Shown here in pieces: positions 17,630-27,318 of a stretch of DNA of 64,000 bases. Numbering within the stretch: the first letter of the stretch is position 1; every line of letters starts with the position of its first letter. This stretch comes from Hyphomicrobiales bacterium. GTDB taxonomy: Bacteria > Pseudomonadota > Alphaproteobacteria > Rhizobiales > CBDCVD01. Under the pieces are notes generated by a model. The model did not search any database, was not told where the DNA came from, and was given only the letters and a program-made list of their open reading frames with translations. Where the stretch lies: NCBI GenBank assembly GCA_965224015.1, contig OZ245032.1, forward strand, positions 939,201-1,003,200, in the 5' to 3' direction. Made by a program: the position numbers and the translations under genes.

Positions 17630-19060
17630 CTAACGTTTTTTCCAAAGGGCCATGAACGTCTCTCCTTCAGGTGCAGGCAGATCCCGGTAATCTGTCCAGC
17701 CTCTGGCAAAGGGCACGCTAGCAAAGCGCCCGCGCTTGCGACCCAAACCCCCGAGTATGGCCATGGCCACACGCGTGGCCAACCGGTAAAGCCACGGGCG
17801 TGTGGCAAACACAGCCCAAAGGCCAAGTGCAAAGCGCTCTGTGGCAGGGCAATAGTGATTGCGAAACGCCTCGCTACGCCAATTGCGCATTAAGTGCGGC
17901 AACGGGATGCGCACAGGGCACACCGCCTCGCATGCGCCGCAAAAGGTTGAGGCACCCGGCAAGTGAGCACTTGTCTTTATGCCTTTGATGGTGGGTGTGA
18001 GGACAGCACCGATGGGCCCTGGATACGTGCTCCCATAAGCATGGCCACCGATCGCCTGATAGACGGGGCAATGGTTCATGCAGGCCCCGCAGCGAATGCA
18101 TCGCAACACGTCCTGAAACTGTGTTCCCAAAACCGACGAGCGGCCGTTGTCCAGCAGGATAACATGGAAATGCTCCGGCCCATCCCCATCGCCGGCCCGT
18201 TTCGGCCCGGTTGAAAAGGTTGTATAGGCCGCCATCGCCTGGCCTGTGGCAGAGCGCGCCAGAAGGCGCAATAGCTGCGAACAGTCGTTCAAGGTCGGCA
18301 CTATTTTTTCAAGGGACGCCACAACAATATGCACGTTGGGCAATGTCTGGGTCAGGTCCCCGTTGCCTTCGTTGGTTACAATCACCACAGATCCCGTCTC
18401 AGCCACAAGAAAGTTGGCCCCCGTAATCCCCGCGTCAGCGTCGAGAAAGCGCTCACGCAAAACCCGCCGCGCTTCGCCCAGCAATTGTACCGGTTCGCTC
18501 AAATCCCGACCCGCATCGAAATGCACATGAACCCGACGAAAGTCTTCTTCAATTTGATCGCGATTTACATGAATAGCCGGCGCGATGATGTGGCTTGGCG
18601 TTTCCCCGCGCAACTGGATGATATATTCGCCAAGGTCCGTTTCCGTGACCGCAAACCCGCGCGCCTCAAGATGGGCATTAAGGCCCATCTCCTCGCAGAT
18701 CATCGACTTGCCTTTGGTGATGCGACGCACGTTATGAGAGCGGCAAATATCCTCGACAATTGCGCAGGCGCTCCCGGCGTCCGTTGCCCAGTGCACCTTG
18801 CCGCCCGAGGCTCTCACGTTATCCTCAAACGCCTGAAGATAAAGATCAAGATGCGCAAGGGTGTGGTTTTTAATGTCGCGGGCCTGGTCGCGCAGGCGCT
18901 CAAACTCCGGCACCGCCTGCGCAGCCGCTTGGCGGCGTGCGATAAAGCCCTTTCCCACATTCTCAAGAGCCCGCTGCAACGCCACATCCTCCAGGGCGCG
19001 AGCGGTATCGGCCCTAAATCGATCCCTGGCTTGTGCCGGTACCGTGGTCATGCGCGTCAC
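17630..19060 (-). CDS. lutB: Lactate utilisation protein B (4Fe-4S ferredoxin-type)
   Basis: 476 aa with two Cys clusters, CIRCGACMNHCPVY and CGACEAVCPVRIP. A 4-nt overlap with lutA. Confidence 0.88.
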   Translation of the reverse strand: MTRMTTVPAQARDRFRADTARALEDVALQRALENVGKGFIARRQAAAQAVPEFERLRDQARDIKNHTLAHLDLYLQAFEDNVRASGGKVHWATDAGSACAIVEDICRSHNVRRITKGKSMICEEMGLNAHLEARGFAVTETDLGEYIIQLRGETPSHIIAPAIHVNRDQIEEDFRRVHVHFDAGRDLSEPVQLLGEARRVLRERFLDADAGITGANFLVAETGSVVIVTNEGNGDLTQTLPNVHIVVASLEKIVPTLNDCSQLLRLLARSATGQAMAAYTTFSTGPKRAGDGDGPEHFHVILLDNGRSSVLGTQFQDVLRCIRCGACMNHCPVYQAIGGHAYGSTYPGPIGAVLTPTIKGIKTSAHLPGASTFCGACEAVCPVRIPLPHLMRNWRSEAFRNHYCPATERFALGLWAVFATRPWLYRLATRVAMAILGGLGRKRGRFASVPFARGWTDYRDLPAPEGETFMALWKKR

Positions 19061-19872
19061 CCGCCCTGTGCCTTCCTGATTGTCGCTTTATCCTCGACGT
19101 CCCGTTTTGCGTTTGCGCCCGTGCCAATTCCCGGGCCGTCGGTCATGCCCGCAAGCACTTCGGCAATGTGGCGTACCTCAATAAGGCGCTCCTCTCGCGC
19201 CAGCTTTCCCGCCATGTTGAGAAGACAACCGAGATCGCCGGCCACCAGCGCATCGGCCTTTGTCTCGGCAATGGAGGCGGTTTTCTCGCTGACAATGGCG
19301 TTGGAAATGTCAGGATATTTGGTACAGAACGTGCCGCCGAACCCGCAACACACTTGCGCATTACGCATTTCACGCAAAGTCAGGCCCTCGACTTTACTGA
19401 GAAGGGCGCGAGGCTGGTCGCGAATACCCAGTTCACGCAGCCCCGCGCAAGAGTCGTGATAGGTCACCGTTTTGGCAAACCGGGTCGCAAAGCGATCAAC
19501 CCCGGCAACATCTGTCAGAAAGCGTGTCAGTTCGTAAGCCCGATCGGAAAATGCCGCCGCGCTCGCAGCCCACTCAGGGTCGTCACGCAACAGATCGGGT
19601 ATGTGAATTTTCAGCATCGCCGCACACGAGCCGGATGGTGCCACCACATAGTCAACATCGGCAAAAGCCTTGACGACCTGACGCGCAAGAGCGATCGCGG
19701 TCTTGCGGTCGCCCGAATTATACGCCGGTTGGCCGCAGCAGGTCTGCGCGCGTGGAACCACGACCTTAAAGCCCGCGTCTTCAATCAACTTCACGCTCGC
19801 CCAACCCACACGGGGGCGAAACAGGTCAACGAGGCACGTGACAAACAGGCCCACAACGGGTTTTGTACTCAT
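19057..19872 (-). CDS. lutA: Lactate utilisation protein A (CCG-domain Fe-S oxidoreductase)
   Basis: Two CCG motifs (QTCCGQPAYNSGD, QVCCGFGGTF). Start set at MSTKPVVGLFVTC because the 14 upstream codons (MTLSHESLLRTLGI) are RepA sequence. Confidence 0.88.
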   Translation of the reverse strand: MSTKPVVGLFVTCLVDLFRPRVGWASVKLIEDAGFKVVVPRAQTCCGQPAYNSGDRKTAIALARQVVKAFADVDYVVAPSGSCAAMLKIHIPDLLRDDPEWAASAAAFSDRAYELTRFLTDVAGVDRFATRFAKTVTYHDSCAGLRELGIRDQPRALLSKVEGLTLREMRNAQVCCGFGGTFCTKYPDISNAIVSEKTASIAETKADALVAGDLGCLLNMAGKLAREERLIEVRHIAEVLAGMTDGPGIGTGANAKRDVEDKATIRKAQGG

Positions 19873-19873
19873 T

Positions 19874-19976
19874 ATACCAAGGGTCCTTAACAATGACTCA
19901 TGGCTTAGCGTCAAAGAGGTATGTTATCAAGGCAGTACACCAGTCGGCGTGTACATAAAGCCAATACCGCTGGTAT
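19874..19976 (-). repeat. RepA copy (reverse orientation)
   Basis: ATACCAAGGGTCCTTAACAATGACTCATGGCTTAGCGTCAAAG...AAGCCAATACCGCTGGTAT. Its 3' end lies 2 bp from the lutA ATG. Confidence 0.9.
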
Positions 19977-20065
19977 TATTCGTCAGGTTCCCGCACGCGA
20001 TTGCTATCGCCCGCCCTGTGCAAGGGCGCTCCCCACATCCTGCAAATACCTGCCCGCGCAAACCG

Positions 20066-20371
20066 TCAGAGAATAATAATCAGCGTGATGAGCGTCGCGA
20101 ACCCCAAGACGATGGTCCCGGGGACCCAGTTCAGGCGATCGCTGATCATGGTAATAAAGAAAGCCAGCGATCCGAAAACGAGGCTTAGAATGCCGAAGAT
20201 TTTCGGCCACACGCCGGCCCCATAGGTCATCATGACCAGGGTCACGAGAACAGTGGCTGTTGCCAGTGTCGAAGCAAGTCCGAACTTTAAAAAGCCAAAA
20301 TAAGTGGTCTCATGTTCGTTGTAGTCCATGGACGGAATATCATCGGTGTCTGTTGTCGTCTCGTGTGCCAT
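20066..20371 (-). CDS. aa3-type cytochrome c oxidase subunit IV-like domain fused to two extra TM helices
   Basis: MAHETTTDTDDIPSMDYNEHETTYFGFLKFGLASTLATATVLV resembles the bacterial COX4 family (MDY..H..TY..F). Start chosen at the Met preceded by AAGAGGAC. The ORF track extends to 20413. Confidence 0.65.
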   Translation of the reverse strand: MAHETTTDTDDIPSMDYNEHETTYFGFLKFGLASTLATATVLVTLVMMTYGAGVWPKIFGILSLVFGSLAFFITMISDRLNWVPGTIVLGFATLITLIIIL

Positions 20372-20488
20372 GGGGTCTGTCCTCTTTGACCGGTTTTGCC
20401 TTGGTTTCGTCAACGTAAATGCTGTTCGTTAAATGAGCCCCTTCCGGGCGCCGTATTGAACAAATGCTTACCACCTATTGTGGGCATT

Positions 20489-20591
20489 ATACCAGCGGTA
20501 TTGGCTTTATAGACACGCTGACTGGTGTACTGCCTTGATAACACACCTCTTTGATGCTAATCCATGAGTCATTGTTAAAGACCCTTGGTAT
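20489..20591 (+). repeat. RepA copy
   Basis: ATACCAGCGGTATTGGCTTTATAGACACGCTGACTGG...TTGTTAAAGACCCTTGGTAT. Confidence 0.9.
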
Positions 20592-20652
20592 TATATCGAA
20601 CGTTGGTGCTACGGCAACGGTTTTCATGCCGGGCCAATGTTTCTTGTCACCT

Positions 20653-20786
20653 GAAAACGTCTATTGACGATCCGACCTGACCAGCCCGCTTTCCCTCCCT
20701 CCCATCCATCCATAGGATACTGCCAATGCGGGGGGCTGAGAGGGCAAGTGGGAAGGGTGATGCCGGTTAACAGAGATGCCCACCTG
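20653..20786 (+). repeat. RepC copy (long form)
   Basis: Starts GAAAACGTCTATTGACGATCCGACC and ends GGTGATGCCGGTTAACAGAGATGCCCACCTG. Confidence 0.75.
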
Positions 20787-20808
20787 TTGTTTTCCGGTCC
20801 TGGTACAC

Positions 20809-22611
20809 TCAACCGGCCTCAAGCTCGTCAATAAACCCCTCAAGCATGGAAAGCCCCATGCGCCAGAACTGTGGATCACGGGCGTCCAGGCCAAAGGGCG
20901 CCAGCAATTCACTGTGGTGCTTGCTGCCACCTGCGCGCAGCATGTCAAAGTAGCGCGAGACAAAGCCGTCCTCGGCGTTCTCATAGACCGCATAAAGTGA
21001 GTTCACCAGGCAGTCTCCAAAGGCATAGGCATAGACGTAAAAGGGCGAATGAATGAAATGCGGAATATAAACCCAGTAGGTTTCATAGCCAGGATTGAGT
21101 TTAATGGCCGGGCCCAGGCTCTCACCCTGTACTGACAACCATAGCTGGCATAACTGCTCAGGCGTCAATTCCCCTTCGCGACGGGCGCTGTGAACCTTGC
21201 GCTCGAATTGATAAAAGGCGATCTGGCGCACCACGGTGTTGATCATATCCTCGACCTTACCTGCCAGCATCTGCCTGCGTTTTTCCGATGATGAGGCCTG
21301 CGCTAAAAGCGCGCGAAATGTGAGCATCTCGCCGAACACACTGGCCGTTTCCGCAAGGGTCAAAGGTGTCGGAGCCATGAGCGCGCCCTGGGTAGCCCCC
21401 AGGACCTGATGCACCCCATGGCCCAATTCGTGCGCCAGGGTCATCACATCACGGGGCTTGCCCAGGTAGTTGAGCAAGACGTAAGGGTGCGCACTGGGCA
21501 CGGTGGGATGGGCAAAGGCGCCCGGGGCCTTGCCCTCACGGATTTGTGCATCAATCCAGTTGCGCTGGAAAAAATCCGCGGCAATTTCTGCCATTTCCGG
21601 AGAAAAGGCGCGGTAGGCATCAAGAACAATCGTGCGCGCCCGGTCCCAGGGTATGGCCTCGTCACTTGCCTGCGGCAAAGGTGCGTTACGGTCCCAATAG
21701 TTGAGCTTTCGTTTGCCCAGCCATCGGGCTTTCATTTTGTAGTACCGATGAGAAAGCCGCGGATAAGCATCCTGCACGGCGGCCACCAGTGCATCAACAA
21801 CTTCACGTTCAACCCGGTTGTTCAAATGGCGGGCATCGGCAATATCCTCAAACCCGCGCCAGCGGTCAGAAATCTCCTTGTCTTTGGCAAGGGTATTGGT
21901 GATCAGGGTAAATGTGGACAGGTTTTCCTTAAAAGTTGCTGCCAGCCCTTTAGCGGCGGCTGCACGCTTTTTTGCGGACTTGTCCTGTAACAACGTCAGG
22001 GCGGGCTCAATCGCCAGGGATTTGCCTGCGATCTTGAAGCGCAACCCCGCAATAGTCTCGTCGAACAAACGGTTCCAGGCTGAGCGCCCTGTTACCGACT
22101 TTTCGTGAAACAGTTTTTCGATCGCCTCTTCCAGTTCATAGGGCTTTTCGCGGCGTAAATTCTTCAGCCAAGGGGTATAGCGGCTGAGCGCCTTGCTTTT
22201 TGCCAAAGCCCGACTAAGAGCCCGTTCGCTCAGGCGGTTCAGCTCAAGGGTATAAAACAAAATATGAGAGCTCGCATCGGTGAGCGCCTCCTGAATGTCC
22301 CCGTAGAACTTAATGTGCTGCGGATCGGTGGTATCCCCCGCATAGACCAGACCGGCAAAGGATGCGATGCGCCCAATCTGCTCATTCAATTTCTCAAACG
22401 CCGTGAGCGAGCGCGCCAGTTGAGCGGTATTGGCCTTGGCCAGATTGGCGAGTTGACCTTTATATTTCTTCTCAAAGGCGATGACCTGTCTGTCCAATTT
22501 TTCCAGGTCGGCTTTCAACTGCGGGGCATTGATCCCGGCATAAAGGTCGCTCAGATCCCACGCAGGAAGCGCCCCAAGACTGTCCTTCGCTGTGTCCTTT
22601 TGTGCCGCCAT
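20809..22611 (-). CDS. pepF: Oligoendopeptidase F family (M3B) zinc metallopeptidase
   Basis: HELGHGVH zinc motif, about 600 aa. Start set at Met29 (MAAQKDTAKDSLGALPAWDLSDLY), which is preceded by GCAGGAGC. The ORF track starts at 22695. Confidence 0.88.
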   Translation of the reverse strand: MAAQKDTAKDSLGALPAWDLSDLYAGINAPQLKADLEKLDRQVIAFEKKYKGQLANLAKANTAQLARSLTAFEKLNEQIGRIASFAGLVYAGDTTDPQHIKFYGDIQEALTDASSHILFYTLELNRLSERALSRALAKSKALSRYTPWLKNLRREKPYELEEAIEKLFHEKSVTGRSAWNRLFDETIAGLRFKIAGKSLAIEPALTLLQDKSAKKRAAAAKGLAATFKENLSTFTLITNTLAKDKEISDRWRGFEDIADARHLNNRVEREVVDALVAAVQDAYPRLSHRYYKMKARWLGKRKLNYWDRNAPLPQASDEAIPWDRARTIVLDAYRAFSPEMAEIAADFFQRNWIDAQIREGKAPGAFAHPTVPSAHPYVLLNYLGKPRDVMTLAHELGHGVHQVLGATQGALMAPTPLTLAETASVFGEMLTFRALLAQASSSEKRRQMLAGKVEDMINTVVRQIAFYQFERKVHSARREGELTPEQLCQLWLSVQGESLGPAIKLNPGYETYWVYIPHFIHSPFYVYAYAFGDCLVNSLYAVYENAEDGFVSRYFDMLRAGGSKHHSELLAPFGLDARDPQFWRMGLSMLEGFIDELEAG

Positions 22612-22848
22612 AGTGTTAAGCTCCTGCTTGATTGTTTGACGCGCGCAAACTGCCGCGGCCGATTCGCCTACCCCATTGTACGTCACAATTGACATAAGGG
22701 GCAGCGGCTTCGTTTTTATGGAGGAACCCCGGTTATGGATAAGGACCTTTTTTTTCCACGCTGAATAGTCTGATTAACGGCTAATTTTTATTGAGTTTTG
22801 TCGTCAGGGGCATTTTTGGTTATTGCTAGATCAGCATGGGTGCGTTCA

Positions 22849-23748
22849 TTACGATGCGACTTTGACTTTATTTTCAGGCAAGCCGGGGGTCTCGACGTGT
22901 AGAGCAAACAGGCTACCCGCCAAGCGCTCCCCCGGCGGCGAAACCATACTTGCACTGGTCACGTATAGTGTTCGCAGGTCTTTTCCGCCAAACGTGCAGG
23001 TGGTCACATTGCTTGTCGGCATGTCGATAACATTATCGATATCGCCGTTCGGCGCAATGCGGACAATGCACTTGCCGCCGAACCGGCAGTTCCACAAGTG
23101 CCCCTCAGCATCAATGGCCGAGCCGTCCGGCCCGCCTCTTTCAAATCCCGAAAAATGAACTCGCGCATTGCATACCGACCCATCGGTTGCAGCGTAGTCG
23201 TAGGCATAGATTTCGTTTTCGAGTGTGTCTCCAAAATAAAACGTCGACCGATCCGGACTCCAGCACAAGGTATTGGAAACGCCCAAGTTATCTCGCCATC
23301 GGGTTATCTCACCTGCCGGCGAGACGCGAAATAATACCCCTTCGCCGGGACCGGCTTCTCCCAGTTCCCCGTCGGGCAAAACATTATTCTTCATTGAGCC
23401 CACCCAGAAGTTGCCCAAAGGGTCCGCGCGCCCGTCATTGAGGCGAACATGCGGATAGCCCGCAAGTGTGAACCCGTGGTCTTGCCTTTTATCGGTCTCA
23501 GGCCACCACCAGATCAGCTTTGAGGCCAGGGCAACCAGAAGCCGCCCTTGGTCCGTTGTAAGAGACAAAGCCACGACCGGCTCATCAAATATCCAACTCT
23601 TTACCGCCTGGGTTGCCTCGTCAAAACGATGGATCAGGAACCGATTGATATCGCACCAGTAGACTGCCTCTTCGTTTGCCGACCAAAGGGCTCCCTCGCC
23701 GCATCTATCCCCCGCAGGTACGACGCATATTGCCACCAATGAAGACAT
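22849..23748 (-). CDS. SMP-30/gluconolactonase/LRE-family beta-propeller protein
   Basis: 299 aa, GEGALWS...VYWCDI, NDGRADPLGNFWVGSM, SNTLCWSPD, PDGSAIDAEGHLW, TTCTFGGKDLRTLYVTSA. Confidence 0.85.
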   Translation of the reverse strand: MSSLVAICVVPAGDRCGEGALWSANEEAVYWCDINRFLIHRFDEATQAVKSWIFDEPVVALSLTTDQGRLLVALASKLIWWWPETDKRQDHGFTLAGYPHVRLNDGRADPLGNFWVGSMKNNVLPDGELGEAGPGEGVLFRVSPAGEITRWRDNLGVSNTLCWSPDRSTFYFGDTLENEIYAYDYAATDGSVCNARVHFSGFERGGPDGSAIDAEGHLWNCRFGGKCIVRIAPNGDIDNVIDMPTSNVTTCTFGGKDLRTLYVTSASMVSPPGERLAGSLFALHVETPGLPENKVKVAS

Positions 23749-23765
23749 TATGTCCTCCCCGTCTA

Positions 23766-23901
23766 GATCAGCTTGGCGTTAGTTGCCCCCATTTGCTATG
23801 GGGACAACTAAACGCATAAAGCTGATCGCCCTCTAAATCTATAGCAAAATGCAAAAACAATGCGGGAGCCCCATGATTCCAACTAGGCGCATTTTGCTAT
23901 A
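23766..23901 (-). repeat. RepB variant (long-hairpin module + second hairpin module)
   Basis: GATCAGCTTGGCGTTAGTTGCCCCC...GGGGACAACTAAACGCATAAAGCTGATC, then TATAGCAAAATGC-N37-GCATTTTGCTATA (13-bp perfect arms). Confidence 0.85.
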
Positions 23902-24229
23902 ATGGTCTCGACGTAGTTTAGACCCTTGCCGCGCCCATTACGAAAATGAATATAACCAATGCGATCCTGTCCGGCAGATTCCCGTCCGCCCAGACCATGG
24001 CCATTTGTTGGCAGATGATCTTGAAAAAGATGTGACCTAAGCCGGATATTCACTTATCGGGCGGCTGCGCGGGCTCGCGGACCTGCGCGGCGTCATGCAC
24101 GGCATGGACGTGGCGAGGCGATACCATGCCTGACCTGTTCCACCTTGGCGACACCCCACACCAACAAAACGCACGGACATGATCTTGCCAGTGGGAGTGA
24201 TCGCGGTGGCGGACGTGGTGTTTGCCTGA

Positions 24230-25447
24230 TCAGGTTTTGAAGCTGCGCGGTGCAACGACCTGTTCCATCAGGGCATTATCCCACTGGCCTTCGACAACCA
24301 CGTGGGCGGTGGCGCCGAGCATCACACCTTCGATCAGGTTGTGGTTGACGTAGGCATAGACCCCCGGCTGTTCAAAGGTGTACATCGCCGCTACCGCGCT
24401 GCCGCCGCGCACGAACCAGGTTTCCATGTCCTGGAGCGGCGGATCGGTGAAGGAGGATTCCCAGATATAGTTGCCGTGCCCCCCGATCAGGTGTGGACGC
24501 GAATCGCGGTTGGCCTGATTGTGGACCATGAGCACGGTCTCACCGACCTTTGCCTTGATCGCACCTTCTCCCGTCAGGGCGCCGACTGCGCCGTTGAAGA
24601 CCGAGTGCGTCGGAATGAGCCCACGCATCGCCTCAAGGCTGTCGGCATAGTCATCGCCAGCCGCCTCGTAGGCGCGATAATCGCCATTCTCATCCTTCGG
24701 CAGATAGTAATCCTGCTCACCGAAATAGGCGATGCTGTCGTAGCGAAGAGGATTGCCGTCCCTGTCTTTCAGGCCATCGCGCGGCAGTACCATGATGGCA
24801 CCATTCATGCCGTGTGCGACGTGATACGGGATCATGTCGCCGCCGGGGGCGCAGTGGTAAGTGAAACAGCCGGGCTTTATGGCCTTCCAGCGAAGCACGC
24901 ATTCCTCGCCGGGATAGACGTGGGTCAGGCTACCGCCGCCCAACGCGCCGGTCGAGGCGTGGAAGTCGATATTGTGCTCCAGCATGCTGGAGGTCGGGTT
25001 GCGCAGCGTCAACTCGACCATGTCGCCCTCGTGGACGATGATTAGCGGACCAGGAACCGAACCGTTGTAGGTAAACGCCCAGATGCTTGCCTCATTGTCC
25101 TCATCGACGACCATCAAACGCTCCTCGGTCTCCAGTGTGATCTCGACGATCTTGGGCCCGCCTGTGGCGATCTGTTCATGCTCAGGCGCAAAGGGCGGGG
25201 CAACAAGCTCCTGCTTCACGCGGGTATAGCCCGACAGATCCGCGGGTTTCGCATTGGTCGCGGCGTCTTGCTGGCCTGCAACCTTATAGAGATTGGCCGA
25301 TGCCGCATTAACACCATGCAGCTTTGGCGTCCGCGGGGCAGCAAGGGCGCTGGCCCCCGTAATTGCCGCGGCTCCAGCGAGCATACTGCCGCGCAATACC
25401 TTGCGCCGGGTTGTTTTCATGAGGCCGGGATTGATGAATTTGGTCAT
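24230..25447 (-). CDS. nirK: Copper-containing nitrite reductase
   Basis: [15 protein letters not shown] and [20 protein letters not shown] copper-ligand motifs, with a Tat-type signal [24 protein letters not shown]. Start set at the ATG preceded by AAGGAAGGA. The ORF track extends to 25501. Confidence 0.93.
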   Translation of the reverse strand: MTKFINPGLMKTTRRKVLRGSMLAGAAAITGASALAAPRTPKLHGVNAASANLYKVAGQQDAATNAKPADLSGYTRVKQELVAPPFAPEHEQIATGGPKIVEITLETEERLMVVDEDNEASIWAFTYNGSVPGPLIIVHEGDMVELTLRNPTSSMLEHNIDFHASTGALGGGSLTHVYPGEECVLRWKAIKPGCFTYHCAPGGDMIPYHVAHGMNGAIMVLPRDGLKDRDGNPLRYDSIAYFGEQDYYLPKDENGDYRAYEAAGDDYADSLEAMRGLIPTHSVFNGAVGALTGEGAIKAKVGETVLMVHNQANRDSRPHLIGGHGNYIWESSFTDPPLQDMETWFVRGGSAVAAMYTFEQPGVYAYVNHNLIEGVMLGATAHVVVEGQWDNALMEQVVAPRSFKT

Positions 25448-25497
25448 AGGTCCTTCCTTTGCGGTTTTTGCATCGGCTGGTGGCCGATGGTGTTCGT

Positions 25498-25929
25498 TCA
25501 AAGATTTTCAAGTTGCGCCTTGAAGCGCTTCCTGGCCTTGCGCGGTACGCGACCTTTCAGGAAGTCTTCGGGCACCTCCACGTCACCAACGGCGATGGTC
25601 ATCACCATACCCATGGCGAAGTGCGGCTTGCAGATCACGCCGTACACACCTTCGACATCAAGAGTGACTTCGATCTCTTCGTTGATCTTACCTTTAAAAG
25701 CTTCGGCGCCATCGGGCAACATGCCCTTGTTCACTTCGGCATTGTGGCTTTTGTCGGCAGCGATGAATTTGACCGTGTCGCCAGGCTGCGCCTGGATAAA
25801 CGCAGGTTCGAACACCATTCGCTCACCGTCAGAGCCCTTGTTAAGCATTTGAACCTCAAAAGTCTCCGCAAAAGCCGCGCCGCCCATCAAGGCGGCGAGG
25901 GCGAGACCGGATACGACAGTGCGCAGCAT
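25498..25929 (-). CDS. paz: Pseudoazurin (blue copper protein)
   Basis: 143 aa with a signal peptide, then [32 protein letters not shown]...HNAE...[13 protein letters not shown] (type-1 Cu ligands H, C, H, M). Confidence 0.9.
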   Translation of the reverse strand: MLRTVVSGLALAALMGGAAFAETFEVQMLNKGSDGERMVFEPAFIQAQPGDTVKFIAADKSHNAEVNKGMLPDGAEAFKGKINEEIEVTLDVEGVYGVICKPHFAMGMVMTIAVGDVEVPEDFLKGRVPRKARKRFKAQLENL

Positions 25930-25993
25930 TGCGTTTCCTTTCTCTTCACATAGTTTGTTGCGGTCAAGATTACGCGAACGGGTCAGCAGGACT

Positions 25994-26007
25994 TTGCGCT
26001 AAATCAA
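25994..26007. promoter_or_regulatory. FNR/NnrR-type binding box
   Basis: TTGCG-CTAA-ATCAA fits TTG(A/C)(T/G)-N4-(A/C)(T/G)CAA. The box centre is about 71 nt upstream of the paz ATG, in the gap between paz-nirK and the divergent Crp/Fnr regulator gene. Confidence 0.55.
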
Positions 26008-26066
26008 ACTTTCAGCGGCTATTCGGCGCCCCGCGATGCCGCCGATAAGCATCTATCTCACATGTG

Positions 26067-26169
26067 ATACCAGCGGTATTGGCTTTATAGACACGCCGAC
26101 TGGTGTACTGCCTTGATAACATAACTCTTTGACGCTAAGCCATGAGTCATTGTTAAAGACCCTTGGTAT
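26067..26169 (+). repeat. RepA copy
   Basis: ATACCAGCGGTATTGGCTTTATAGACACGCCGACTGG...TTGTTAAAGACCCTTGGTAT. It ends 15 nt before the regulator start codon. Confidence 0.9.
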
Positions 26170-26184
26170 GAAAACTGTGCAAAT

Positions 26185-26922
26185 ATGCCGCGCATGACCG
26201 AAATGCAACCGCACAAGATATTGCCGCGGCTCGATGAGAGCCTGCTGACGCATCTCCCCCCATTTTCCAGACTGAAGCGACGGCAGATCCGTACAATTCT
26301 TGATCAGGCAACATCGCGTAGATATGACGACGGGGTCGCTATCTTCGAAGAGGGCGCACCGGCGGACAGGTTTTTCATGCTGCTCGACGGGTATGTGCGC
26401 GTTGTGCGCCTGACACCGACCGGAGACCAGGTGACGGTGCTGCACATTCCAGCCGGGCAGCTTTTGGGCATCGCACACGCAATCGGGCTAGAGATTTACC
26501 CGGCCACGGCATTGACTGTGACAGAGTCCATAGTTCTCAGTTGGCCGACGCGCCTGTGGGACGGTTTTGTATCAGACTATGACGGTTTTTCAACCGAAAT
26601 GTACAGAACCGTTGGTAATCGTATGGGGGAGCTCCATAATCGCGTTATGGAGATGGCGACGCAGCAAGTCGAGCAGCGTGTCGCAAATGCGCTTGTGCGG
26701 CTCATTAACCAGGCAGGCCGCAAAGTATCAGACGGGATCGAGATCGATTTTCCCATTACGCGTCAGGACCTGTCGGAGCTCACAGCAACGACGTTGCATA
26801 CGGCAAGCCGCCTGCTGAGTGCCTGGGAGAAACAGGGCCTGGTGGAAAGCAAACGCAAGCGGATCAAAGTCCTCGACCCCGATGCCTTGGTTGTGATTTC
26901 CCAGCTCAAGGCTGATTCATAG
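26185..26922 (+). CDS. Crp/Fnr-family transcriptional regulator (NnrR/Dnr-like, no N-terminal Cys cluster)
   Basis: 245 aa with a cNMP-binding-type beta-barrel and C-terminal HTH (ITRQDLSELTATTLHTASRLLSAWEKQGLV). Divergent from paz-nirK. Confidence 0.8.
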   Translation: MPRMTEMQPHKILPRLDESLLTHLPPFSRLKRRQIRTILDQATSRRYDDGVAIFEEGAPADRFFMLLDGYVRVVRLTPTGDQVTVLHIPAGQLLGIAHAIGLEIYPATALTVTESIVLSWPTRLWDGFVSDYDGFSTEMYRTVGNRMGELHNRVMEMATQQVEQRVANALVRLINQAGRKVSDGIEIDFPITRQDLSELTATTLHTASRLLSAWEKQGLVESKRKRIKVLDPDALVVISQLKADS

Positions 26923-27318
26923 CCCGCCGACCTTGAAGAGTTCGGCGATAAATCTGTCTTCTTCCAGCCCATACTCCCACATGTATCGGCGATGGTGCGA
27001 AAGGGACTGACTGGAGCGTGGAGAATACCAAAGAAATGCCGAAGCGGCCCTTGAATGAAAGAAAAAACCGTCGTCGATACCCACGGTCCTGGTAGACCGA
27101 ACCGGTCGGCCTTGATATGAAGAAGCCAAAGCGTTAATGAATGAGTCGTTCCCCATGAACTAAAATGGTTTGGCCATGGGGCGGGGTGGCGGCAAGATAT
27201 CGTCTTGATTTGCATGTAAGTTGTAGTAGATACATTTTGTTCAATTCACACGCGGCATTGTGATCTCTTGAATTGAGACATTGCTGATTGCCAATATCGC
27301 CTCACGGACGAGCATCCT

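Noticed and set aside
19873-19914. 14-codon N-terminal extension of lutA (MTLSHESLLRTLGI)
   Set aside because: These codons are RepA sequence. The identical peptide heads an unrelated ORF at 63386-63577. The conserved LutA N-terminus starts at the next Met.
23902-24255. Possible nirV remnant or small gene downstream of nirK (including the 72-aa ORF 24037-24255)
   Set aside because: I translated all frames by eye and saw no recognisable FGE-sulfatase/NirV-like motifs. The 72-aa ORF overlaps the nirK 3' end and has no SD.
26917-27156. 79-aa minus-strand ORF (MGNDSFINALASSYQGRP...YMWEYGLEEDRFIAELFKVGGL) between the Crp/Fnr regulator gene and pgsA
   Set aside because: No SD and no family that I recognise, and it overlaps the regulator's stop. 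It could be a gene fragment, but I cannot support a call. The nearby inverted repeat TCAATTCA-N20-TGAATTGA (27241-27276) upstream of pgsA is too short to interpret.
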